The notes under the pieces were generated by a model that searched no databases, was not told the DNA's origin, and worked only from the letters and a program-made list of their open reading frames with translations. A program made the translations under genes and the position numbers. From Andalucia godoyi And28 (lineage: Eukaryota; Protista; Jakobida): DNA of 64,000 nt. The stretch spans positions 311,356 through 375,355 of the forward strand of contig VRVR01000016.1 of the NCBI GenBank assembly GCA_009859145.1, given 5' to 3'. Below, piece by piece: positions 49,710-59,317 of the stretch (position 1 is its first letter; each line of letters opens with the position of its first letter).

Positions 49710-50282
49710 ATGGGCTCGGGTGCATCGAAAAAGACGGGTGGGCAGCCAGTAGTGCTGGTAATTGGGCTGTCGTATTCCGGAAAGCGCGCACTGATCAACC
49801 GGCTGTGTTACGACCGGTTTGTTCATGTTGGGACTACGGCAGATGACGCTCCTGTGGGTGCGCTGGTCGGAACGTATGTTCCGACATCCGTGGTCTTTTC
49901 CAAACACACAATGTCGCACGAACAGAGGCAGAGTGCACGAGACTTGAAGCAGTCGCTCGTGCTGCATGTTGTGGATGCAGCGGACAAGTTGCGAAGAGAA
50001 TTTGCACTGTCGCTTCATGATCATTGGATCAAGCACGCACCGAAGCACGCCGTGCATTGCCTGGTCGTCACCAAAGCAGATGCAGTAGACGTGGACTGCG
50101 ACGCTCTAGTACGGACATTCTCAACACTTACGGGTTCGACATTCTCGAAATTGGTTGCAGTCTCGGCGAGCGATGGTGCGGGGATTGCTGATCTTGCAGC
50201 CTTCCTTCGATTCACGTTTCCCTCAACAGCATCTTTACGCCAACCCAAGGAGACTTCCCAGGTCATGCATGCCGAACCATAA
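49710..50282 (+). CDS. Degenerate Arf-like small GTPase (putatively myristoylated)
   Basis: MGSGAS (G2/S6), VLVIGLSYSGKR (G1), YVPT (G2), LHVVDAAD, VVTKAD (G4), VSASDGAGI (G5); no DxxG (G3). Confidence 0.6.
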   Translation: MGSGASKKTGGQPVVLVIGLSYSGKRALINRLCYDRFVHVGTTADDAPVGALVGTYVPTSVVFSKHTMSHEQRQSARDLKQSLVLHVVDAADKLRREFALSLHDHWIKHAPKHAVHCLVVTKADAVDVDCDALVRTFSTLTGSTFSKLVAVSASDGAGIADLAAFLRFTFPSTASLRQPKETSQVMHAEP

Positions 50283-50568
50283 TCGCGTTTTCTCGTTTCT
50301 CGTTTCTTGTTTTTTTCGCTTCCCCCATAATTTATGCATTGTACATAAACAGCACCGATTGTCCAGCTCGACCGCAGCGGCTGCGCGGCTGCGCGGCACC
50401 CACCTACACACACAGAATATGAAGAAAGGGAATGAAATAGTGAAATGATGAAAACAAGCAAACAAGCAAACAAGCAAACAATGAATATGATAAACAGGTA
50501 AAAAAACACTCCAACATTTTTATTACATTGAATCGATCCGCAGCAGACGGATGCAGCGGCGCATATTC

Positions 50569-52212
50569 CTAGTCATGTTCGGGAGATTTGAATTTGAGAC
50601 CGACATTCTCGGGAACAAGATATGCGTTCTTGATCGTCTTGGACATCGCCTTGGCCTTCTCGACGTCTGCCATGGCCTGGTACACCGCTTTGGCGTCGGC
50701 ACCCGCAAATTCCTTGATGACTTCGAAAATCTTGCGTTGTTCTGCAGCGCTGGCTTCTGCCTGGGCCTGGGCTTCCTTGACGAGATTCTGCTGACGGATT
50801 TCAACCAGTTTACGCGTCTCCGTTTCCACACGAATTTCACGACTAACACGCTCCAGTGCAAGATCCGATTCGGCCTTTTCTTTGAGCATTTGGTTGGTAC
50901 GATCCGTCGTCTCCTTGACGTAGTTGTCGAGAACGAGCTGGATGGTCGGGTTTGCACACGTGATGGAGCCGAGTTGCAGCGAAATCAGTTTCAATCCTTT
51001 TGCTTCGAAGAAATCCGGGGCTACGCGTTCGCACACATCCTGCAGAATCTGCGGAATATTGCTGAACACCTTGCGATGCTCCGCCACGGCAACCTGCTTG
51101 GCAACTTCAGATTTCAAGAAATCGGTCATGATCGTCAGATACACATCTCCAATCATGCAAAAGTGCGATACATCGCAAATGTCGTACGCAAGCGACATCT
51201 GAACTTCCATGAGCACATTGTCCGCAGACCGGAACGTCGATTGCATCGAAAACCGGTTGTTTTTCATGTTCAGTCGCTGGACAGTTTTTCCAGTCGGAGC
51301 CTGGAAGTCAATGAACTTGTCAAACGGCCCCAGGAAGAACGTGCGCGTGCTTGCGTCGTCGTGTTTCTTGATAAACCTCTCTCCTGAAACGTTGTTGAGG
51401 ACCACTGCAAATTCATTGATCTCCAAACTGACAACCGGTGCGACCTTGATGACCACTTCGTCGATGTCGGGGATGAAGCGCTGCGGCTCAGAGATCATCC
51501 GGATTGACCCGTCCGTGATGCTGCGAACGTGCAGGCACTGGACCTTCGTAACCTCGTAAGCGTTCAGAGGCGTAAACACAGCTGCACGGACCGGTCGTCC
51601 GGCCGCATCCCGGTCAATGTAGTCCTCGTACGGATCTGGGATGAACGTGGCGGGCCCAACCACCTTGCGGTACGACTGTTTCGCACGGTGGTACAAAAAG
51701 CAGTACTGCGCTGCTTGCAGCGTAATGCACTGCTCCGGAGCCCCAAACGTCTGGTACGGCTTTGGAGTGTACATGCACGGTCCAACGACGATGTCGACCG
51801 ACGAGTCCTGGTTCGTAACCCGCAGGAAATGGTTCATTGGAACGGACGGTTTCGTTGTCACCTGGCCAACTCTGTCGTACGGAGACGAAAGCTTGATCTT
51901 ACCCGGACCTGAAACGATGCGCACTTCGTCTGTCGACCAGTCCTTCAGAGGCACATACTGCGACGAGTCCAGAACGATTTTGTGGAACAAACGGGTCTTG
52001 TACAGTGCAGGGCAGCATGGCACACAAAACCACGTCGGGCCGTCTTTCAGATACCGCGTTGTGAAGCTCTGGATAATGGCTTGCTCATTCTCGTCGGAAT
52101 TGTAGAGCGAGCAAATAAAGGGAACACAGCAGCAAAGTGACGCATCCCGACCACGTTCAAAAACATCTGTGAATCCGTAGTCAGTTCCTCCTGCCAGGAA
52201 ACTGCTGTTCAT
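50569..52212 (-). CDS. SPFH/Band-7 protein containing about five major-vault-protein-like repeats
   Basis: Repeats of the form L-x3-Q/H/E-Y/F-x2-L/V-x7-R-x-V-x-GP-x2-F/Y-x-P-x-PY, then FRSADNVLMEVQMSLAYDI (SPFH/MVP-shoulder-like), a short coiled coil and terminal AYLVP. Confidence 0.75.
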   Translation of the reverse strand: MNSSFLAGGTDYGFTDVFERGRDASLCCCVPFICSLYNSDENEQAIIQSFTTRYLKDGPTWFCVPCCPALYKTRLFHKIVLDSSQYVPLKDWSTDEVRIVSGPGKIKLSSPYDRVGQVTTKPSVPMNHFLRVTNQDSSVDIVVGPCMYTPKPYQTFGAPEQCITLQAAQYCFLYHRAKQSYRKVVGPATFIPDPYEDYIDRDAAGRPVRAAVFTPLNAYEVTKVQCLHVRSITDGSIRMISEPQRFIPDIDEVVIKVAPVVSLEINEFAVVLNNVSGERFIKKHDDASTRTFFLGPFDKFIDFQAPTGKTVQRLNMKNNRFSMQSTFRSADNVLMEVQMSLAYDICDVSHFCMIGDVYLTIMTDFLKSEVAKQVAVAEHRKVFSNIPQILQDVCERVAPDFFEAKGLKLISLQLGSITCANPTIQLVLDNYVKETTDRTNQMLKEKAESDLALERVSREIRVETETRKLVEIRQQNLVKEAQAQAEASAAEQRKIFEVIKEFAGADAKAVYQAMADVEKAKAMSKTIKNAYLVPENVGLKFKSPEHD

Positions 52213-52815
52213 TCTTCCTTCCGTTCCACCCAACTTGCTCCGTCAAAAAATACTAGCGCGGCTTAAGCAGAGACGTAAACGCTCATATGAAACGGGGAAA
52301 CTGCAGAAAGAAAAAGAAAGAAAACCCCCCACCCTGGAGATGACCAAAGACGAGCAGATGGGGGAAGCGTGCAGTCTGCGGCAAAAGTCGCCGTTTTTCT
52401 TTTTTTGCACTACAGGCGCGGCATACGGTGCTAGCGTCAGCTAAAACATATGAAGGAAGTTTACTACTACTACTTGTGATCACGATACAACACTCACAAA
52501 ACAAACACGAAACATGAATAGCCACCAATAAACATCAACACATCACAAAGAAAACATACGGATGTTGGGCGGGAAAGAAAAAATCTGAGAGAAAATAGCA
52601 ACAAAAATTCGAGAGAGCTACTTTAGTTATTACGACAAGTGGTGCTGGAAACTTGAAAGTTGAAGTTTGAGATTTGTCCGACTCCCGACTGAAGCTGGAT
52701 GCAGGACGTCGTCGCTTCGTTTTGTTTCGATTTCTTTGTTGGTGGTGGTGTTTTTGTTTTTCCAGGGACGCATACCGCGATCACGAAAAAGAAAAAAAAA
52801 CAAGACAAGACAGAC

Positions 52816-52863
52816 AAAACAAAACAAAACAAAACAAAACAAAACAAAACAAAACAAAACAAC
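52816..52863 (+). repeat. (AAAAC)n microsatellite
   Basis: Visible tandem pentamer just upstream of sppA. Confidence 0.9.
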
Positions 52864-52896
52864 AGCAACAAAAAACGAGTGGATTCTTCCTGGAAG

Positions 52897-54816
52897 ATGT
52901 TCGGTCGACTTTCCAAGATTCTGGTTGGAGGAGCAATTGTTACGGGTTTTGCAGGTCAGTACTATGCAAAGCGCCAGAAAGAAGAGTACGAGTCGCGGCC
53001 GTGCCTGCTGGAAGTAGACTTGACAGCCACGTTTGTGGAGACGCGGCCGACGAACCCAATCAAGCGGATGATGTCTGCGAAGAATCCTGCTTTTGCAGAT
53101 CTTCTGTATGCGCTGAACTCTGCTTCTCTTGACAAGAGCATCGAGCTTGTGATTCTGCGAGTCGGGCCCTGCTCCTTAGGTCTTGCGCAGATCCACGAAG
53201 TCCGCGAGGCAATCAGTAAGCTGAAGGCTGAAAGGAAAAAGGTCGTCGCGGTGTGCGACTCCATGGATTCTACAAGATCATATTATCTCGCCAGCGCTGC
53301 GTCTGAGATTTCGGGATCCGAAAAGGGTGATTTTGTGGTGAATGGATTCGCTGTGGAGTCGCTGTTCTCGAAGCGGCTGCTCGATCGTCTTGGAATTGAC
53401 GTGCATGTGGAAAAGAGAAAGGAGTTCAAGAGCGCAATGGACATGATTTCCGAATCCGAAATGACGGAGCCGGTGCGTCACAATCTTGAAAGTCTGCTGG
53501 TTTCGTTTGCGAACCACGTTTCCGAGAGCATTTCGGCAGACCGCGATGTGGATGTGTCCCTTGTTCAAAAAGTGATGGGTCAAGGGTATTTGAATATGAT
53601 GGAAAGTCATGAGAAGGGACTTGTGGATCGCACCGAGCCGTCGTTTGTGACTGCAGAAAACTGGACTCTCATCATGAAGAAGAATGGCCGGAAGCACGCT
53701 CGGATGTCCTTGGCGCGATATCTGAAGAAGCTGAACCGTATCGATTCGAAGAAATTCACAGAGACGGGGGCTGCTTCTCGCTACTGGATTTGTTCAGATC
53801 CGCGGTTGCTGGTTGCGAACGACTTCTGGACAGCCTTCAAGTTTGGAAAGGACGATGAAAAGGCAAAATCCGCCGAGGACGCTAAGAAAAATTCTGCTGG
53901 ACGAATTGCGGTCATGACTCTTTCCGGAGCCATTATGCGGGATGTGGATGAGCGAAATCCCTCGCAGTACATTTCGGATGTTGCTGTTTCCAAGGCGCTG
54001 TTGGATGCTGCAAAGGACGTTTCCATCTCCGCGGTGGTGATGCGGGTTGACTCCCCAGGCGGGTCGTACATTGCGTCTGAAAACATCGCGGCTGCCATGC
54101 GGCGGGTGCGTGCAGAAGGAAAGCCAATTGTGCTGCAGATGGGGAATGTTTGCGCCTCTGGTGGATATTACCTCGCAGCGGAGTCTGACTATGTCATTGC
54201 AGCTCCGCTCACGATTACGGGGTCTATCGGTGTGATCGCAACCAAGTTTGCGATCGCGTCTGCACTTGGTCTTCACGACATCAATGTTGCGCGCGTGCAA
54301 ACGCACGAAAATGCGGCTGCTTTCGAGTCTGTTATGTTTCCTCTTTCCCCGGTTCAAAAATCCATGCTCAAGAATCGCATTGATGAAATTTATGGCGACT
54401 TCGTGCAGCATGTTGCCAGGGGTCGCAAGCTGCCCTTAGCGCAGGTTGAAGCGTTTGCAAAGGGCCGTGTATGGACCGGAGAGCAGGGCTTGCATCTCGG
54501 ACTTGTTGACGCTTTCGGAGACTTGTATTCTGCAATTCAAATTGCCAAAGACAGGGCTCTCAAGCCGACGGCTACCCCTGTCGCATTTCCCTATCCAAAA
54601 AATCCCGTGCAGGTCTTTCTTGAAGAACTGACTGGCGAGGACGCGGGCTCAGGCGAGCTCTCTCGGCCGCTTGGGGCGTGGATCCGCGAAGCCATCCTTG
54701 ACGATCTGGAACAATCTTCGGCGGTTGCCCGCGTAATCTCTCGTCACGCCCACTTGTATGAGCGCGAGGCAGTGCTCGCATATTGCGAAGACGTGGATTT
54801 AAACAAATTTACTTGA
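52897..54816 (+). CDS. sppA: Signal peptide peptidase A (protease IV, S49, tandem 67K type), likely mitochondrial
   Basis: LGLAQIHEVREAI, YYLASAA, EFKSAMD (catalytic Lys), VMRVDSPGGS, CASGGYY (catalytic Ser), TITGSIGV, KGRVWTGEQG. MFGRLSKIL start followed by a hydrophobic anchor. Confidence 0.9.
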   Translation: MFGRLSKILVGGAIVTGFAGQYYAKRQKEEYESRPCLLEVDLTATFVETRPTNPIKRMMSAKNPAFADLLYALNSASLDKSIELVILRVGPCSLGLAQIHEVREAISKLKAERKKVVAVCDSMDSTRSYYLASAASEISGSEKGDFVVNGFAVESLFSKRLLDRLGIDVHVEKRKEFKSAMDMISESEMTEPVRHNLESLLVSFANHVSESISADRDVDVSLVQKVMGQGYLNMMESHEKGLVDRTEPSFVTAENWTLIMKKNGRKHARMSLARYLKKLNRIDSKKFTETGAASRYWICSDPRLLVANDFWTAFKFGKDDEKAKSAEDAKKNSAGRIAVMTLSGAIMRDVDERNPSQYISDVAVSKALLDAAKDVSISAVVMRVDSPGGSYIASENIAAAMRRVRAEGKPIVLQMGNVCASGGYYLAAESDYVIAAPLTITGSIGVIATKFAIASALGLHDINVARVQTHENAAAFESVMFPLSPVQKSMLKNRIDEIYGDFVQHVARGRKLPLAQVEAFAKGRVWTGEQGLHLGLVDAFGDLYSAIQIAKDRALKPTATPVAFPYPKNPVQVFLEELTGEDAGSGELSRPLGAWIREAILDDLEQSSAVARVISRHAHLYEREAVLAYCEDVDLNKFT

Positions 54817-54964
54817 AACAAAATCACCAGACTGGTGGACGCAATTCTTGTGTATGTCTGTGTGCGTGCGCGCGCGCGTGTGTGTGTATGTGTGTTTTCC
54901 TCCTCCTCCTCCCCCCCCCCCCCCCCCCCATTTTTTTTTTACGCTTGGTTTTGTTCTTTTGGGA

Positions 54965-56230
54965 TCATGGGAGAATGACCCGCCACCGTGAGCTCCATGA
55001 CGTCCCTGCCCAGTATCGAAGCCCAGTCTTTTCAAATTTCAACTGGCTTTTGCCACCCATTTTCTTGTGTGCCAGCTTTTCCAGGTACTTTGGACCCGGG
55101 CCGATGCCATGGCAGAGATTCAGATACACATTGACATCGCGGGAGATAGCGTGACGCAGCTGGAATGTCTTTCCGAGTCTTTGCAAACCGCTTTTGGACG
55201 TGCAAATGGTAAAGCTGTTGCGCTTGAGGATGAAGCTTCCTCCCCAGGGACATAGCATTGCTCCGTAGATCGGATGTATGCCGACCTTTCGTCCGACGAG
55301 GTATCCAAATTCCAGTTGGGGCAGCGAGCCCCAGACAGCATTGTCGTGGAGCAGAGCCGAAATTTCCCTCCAGTTCTCACAAACCGACTGCTCGTCAAAG
55401 GAGAGCGCGGAGGGTTCTCCCGAATTCATCGGCAGAAGGGCGTCTGCAGAGTCCTTGTTATGCTGCATCTTGAAGTATGTTGGGCGCCGGAACGATATTC
55501 TCCACTTTTCCTCTTCCGTATTCTCTTCACTCTGCATGACCGGAAACATGTTTCCAAATATCGCGGTATCCTCGCAGATCATCGATGTGCATTTTCGTCT
55601 TCCCTTGAGAGCATCTCCCGTCCGATCGGATGCTGTGGCAGACCGCGGTCTGTCGTGGTTCGGCAAATCATCACTGGTGAATCCCATGTGGGTGTACATG
55701 TACTGTCTCCTCGTAAACAGGAGCGCCACGTATTTCCGAAAGTCTCGAATCACTGTACTCGATTCGGCCAAGCCCTCTAGTTGCCTGTCGCGCGATGCTT
55801 CCAAGCGTGACCTGACAGAGCTCTGCGGGAGGTCATCTCTCAAAGACGATGCCAAGTATGCATAGCGAAGCGCTTCATTTTCCAAACTGGGCGTCTTGTT
55901 CTTGTTCTTCTTTTTCTTCTTTATAGTCCGTCCGATTTCCTTCGAGGTCCGCCTGTCGAAGGAAGCGAGGATCAATGATGACATTTTCCTGAGGATTTCC
56001 ACAAACACTGTCTCTTTCGCAAGCATTTCCTCTTCAGAACGACAACCGGCCTTCATCTTCCAAAATCGCTCCATCAACTGACCAATTTCATCACCGTGGT
56101 ACGGGAACTTTCGCTCTGCCGCCGTGAACGACAAATGTTTGCACGTCTCAATCAAGCCTTCCAAGGACTCGGAGCCAAATTCTGCAGTGCCGCTTCTTCC
56201 ACCACCACCACTGTTCTCAAATTGTAACAT
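54965..56230 (-). CDS. Hypothetical protein (about 420 aa; start uncertain)
   Basis: Long ORF with globular composition; no family recognised. Confidence 0.6.
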   Translation of the reverse strand: MLQFENSGGGGRSGTAEFGSESLEGLIETCKHLSFTAAERKFPYHGDEIGQLMERFWKMKAGCRSEEEMLAKETVFVEILRKMSSLILASFDRRTSKEIGRTIKKKKKNKNKTPSLENEALRYAYLASSLRDDLPQSSVRSRLEASRDRQLEGLAESSTVIRDFRKYVALLFTRRQYMYTHMGFTSDDLPNHDRPRSATASDRTGDALKGRRKCTSMICEDTAIFGNMFPVMQSEENTEEEKWRISFRRPTYFKMQHNKDSADALLPMNSGEPSALSFDEQSVCENWREISALLHDNAVWGSLPQLEFGYLVGRKVGIHPIYGAMLCPWGGSFILKRNSFTICTSKSGLQRLGKTFQLRHAISRDVNVYLNLCHGIGPGPKYLEKLAHKKMGGKSQLKFEKTGLRYWAGTSWSSRWRVILP

Positions 56231-56745
56231 GATTTTGTAAAACTGATATTGCACCGTTTCCCACAGGAAAATGCGAGTGACCGCATCCTCCACGAACGGA
56301 AGAGGAATGTGTGTTTATTTTCCCCCCATTCTCCTTCTCCTCCTTGATTCTCTGGGGAGAGGAGAGGAGAGGAGCGCAGCTTTTCCAAAGCAGTCGCCAT
56401 GTCCATAGAAGTTCAACTGTTCAAGTGCCAGAGCACCCCGCTGCCTGCTGTAGAAAACAAATTGCCCATTGAACGTCTTTTCTCGCCTTTTGTTTTCTCG
56501 TAGATGACGACGGATTACAGGAGGAGAGCCCACGGACAGAATGGAACAGCAGAGCGGAAGAGAGAGGAAGCGACAGAGGCCATGGAGAATACGGTTTTTG
56601 TCGAAGACCCACAATCGGACGCCATGCGAAGACCAAGGACTTCCACTCTGAAAACGAGAAGCCAATCCACATATTCACAGTCGACGACACCCTGCGTCTC
56701 CTCCCCGCTGTCGAGCGCTCAGATCTTCAATGATGGCACATACAG

Positions 56746-56780
<35 letters not shown>

Positions 56781-56807
56781 TACTGCTGATTTGCTGCGGG
56801 AGCACGC

Positions 56808-58352
56808 TCAATTCCCTGTGGAAATCGACGATCCAACCTCGACTTTTGGATCTAGAACTTGAAAGTACCATTCTTCAAAGGCTGAATACCCTGCTGGGTT
56901 AAACTTTGTGATCCTGCGGCATTGATAAAGTATCCATTCACCTGCCTTTCGAGATCCTCGAAACATGCGGCCAATCTTGGCCTTTTGCAGGACCATCGCA
57001 TCGAATATGTCGTGAAAGAACCACATGGTGTCCTCGATGTGAATAAACGCAAACTTGTCTCCGCCAAGTCCGAGAAGCGCTTCCGCCTCTCCCATGGAAC
57101 TGCATTGCAGCACGGACAATGCTTCTACATTCACACGAACCGTCATCGATCCAAGACCATGGTACCAGCACGAAACAACGCCGAAAAGATCAGAAGCCAC
57201 GGAATTCGCTGGGCAATGATCCTCCATACGAGGCACATCAGTGCCGACAAACATCTTTGCATGTGCAATCGCATCTCTGGAGCAAAGCTCGGTCGCCATC
57301 AGCTCGATTTCGTCCAGCATTGGCTGAAAGTACTCTTTTTTCCCAGATTTTGCAAAGTCGGCAACGACATGCATCATCAGCTGATAAAGCCGCCCTTGAT
57401 ACGAAACCTGGCCACGCAGATCTGCAGGAAGTGCATTCCACCTGGCTCGAATGACTGAAGTGTAGGACGGCAAGTGCGTCGTCCGGATAATCAACAGCGG
57501 ATCCGGACAGGAAATTTTCAACTCAATCGGTCCACCAATCGGCTGTGCCAGCTTGCACTGGTTGTTGGTGTCGCTGGCAGTGTCATTGTGCTGGATGATG
57601 CCATTGCTGGGGTTATTGTTCATGGCGTTCCCGTCCGGGCTGAGCACATTCCGAGATGCTTGCGCATTCGTCTTAGGAGAGCCTTGTGCGGCTGAGACGT
57701 GCGTATTAGACGACGCCGAAGGCAGGGAACTGACAGAAGATGGAATGGCGACGTCAGAAGACACGCTTGTCCGACGTGGACCGTCGAAATCCGGATGAAT
57801 TGGAAGAATATTACTTCCGGACGCCGTTTTTCCAAATGAAGGGCCTCCAATGCTCTCCGATGGAGACGTGATCTGTATGCTTCCAGCCGGCGGTGTCTGG
57901 AAATTCGAAATCATCTGATTTGCCAGCACGCCCATCGGATGATGGAGAGCACTAGGCGCCCATTGCAGATGACCAAGGTGGTTCTGGAACTGCCCATTAG
58001 AAAATGGAAAAGAAGGCTGCAGAGCAGAAACTGAATGAATGCTAGAGCCCGTATAGTGCTGCGTCGGAAAGCCTCCAGCACCGGCGGAAACATAGTCTGA
58101 CGACATGGCAGACCAGTCTCGCTTCTTGGAAATGTCCATTGTTTGGCGTCTCACCTTTGCACGGAATGTAAATTGCGGATCCGATTGACCTCCCTCAGCC
58201 GAATGCTGCTTATCGCAATCCAACCCTAACCGCGAGCATCGAAAACACGGTCGGTCGTCCGAGCAGGCCGTCTTTGCCTTCTTGCACGCGGAACAGGCGC
58301 TGCGGACGCGGATGTGCCCGGTCATAGACTGCTGGGCTGTGGATGCGTTCAT
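56808..58352 (-). CDS. Zn(II)2Cys6 binuclear-cluster transcription factor with C-terminal PAS-like region
   Basis: ACSACKKAKTACSDDRPCFRCSRLGLDC (six Cys); the C-terminal VRVNVEALSVL...FIHIED...WYFQVL reads as PAS-like. Confidence 0.85.
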   Translation of the reverse strand: MNASTAQQSMTGHIRVRSACSACKKAKTACSDDRPCFRCSRLGLDCDKQHSAEGGQSDPQFTFRAKVRRQTMDISKKRDWSAMSSDYVSAGAGGFPTQHYTGSSIHSVSALQPSFPFSNGQFQNHLGHLQWAPSALHHPMGVLANQMISNFQTPPAGSIQITSPSESIGGPSFGKTASGSNILPIHPDFDGPRRTSVSSDVAIPSSVSSLPSASSNTHVSAAQGSPKTNAQASRNVLSPDGNAMNNNPSNGIIQHNDTASDTNNQCKLAQPIGGPIELKISCPDPLLIIRTTHLPSYTSVIRARWNALPADLRGQVSYQGRLYQLMMHVVADFAKSGKKEYFQPMLDEIELMATELCSRDAIAHAKMFVGTDVPRMEDHCPANSVASDLFGVVSCWYHGLGSMTVRVNVEALSVLQCSSMGEAEALLGLGGDKFAFIHIEDTMWFFHDIFDAMVLQKAKIGRMFRGSRKAGEWILYQCRRITKFNPAGYSAFEEWYFQVLDPKVEVGSSISTGN

Positions 58353-58952
58353 TCTCCAGGTACGCGATTCGAAGATACAGACCAAGAGAGGGGAAAGAAA
58401 AAAAAAGAATTTTTGACGTTAAGTAACAATTGCAAAACCAACAAGCAAACGCAAATAATCGACAAGCCTAATCGGAATTTTTTACAGCGCCAAAAAGAAA
58501 TGATAAATTTAAATTAAAAAAACTCCGGCAGTCGGCACCCTTTTTCTTTTTTGGGCTGGGTGGGTTACAGTAGTTGGCAGTCCTCTGGCAAAGGACTGTG
58601 AGGGCGCGAGAGATCGCGATTGACTGGGTGCACAGAAAAAGAAAAAAACGAAAAAGAAAAAAAAGAGATTTAAGACGGGACTCTGTCGGAGATCCGCAGC
58701 AGTCTGTGTATACGTTCGGGCCACCAGTGAACTGTTCAATGTTCATGTGTGCAAATGAGTGGCGCGAAACAGAGATTGAGCGAGCGTAAAATAAAAAAAA
58801 AAGAACGGAAGACCCGCCCCAACAGGTCCGGCGTTCGAAAGAAGCACTTCTTCTTGAGGTCAAAAATCTCACAGATTCCATCCGTGCTTTTTTTAATATT
58901 ATTTTTCCGCAGAAATCAAACATAACATTCGGCCGACCTGTCCTTCTGTGGT

Positions 58953-59107
<155 letters not shown>

Positions 59108-59317
59108 ACACACACACACACACACAAAACCACGTCGTTAATCTGAACATTCTCAACATCATCTACCCACCCTCCAAAAAGGAAAAATAAGAAAAGGCGA
59201 AAAACAAAGAAGAGTAGAAGACAGCATCGTCGATAGCTCTTTTCCAACCATTGAAATAGAGAAGAAGAAGGAAAAAGGAAGAGGTTTGGGGAAGAACAAA
59301 AAACAAAGAAGGAGAAA

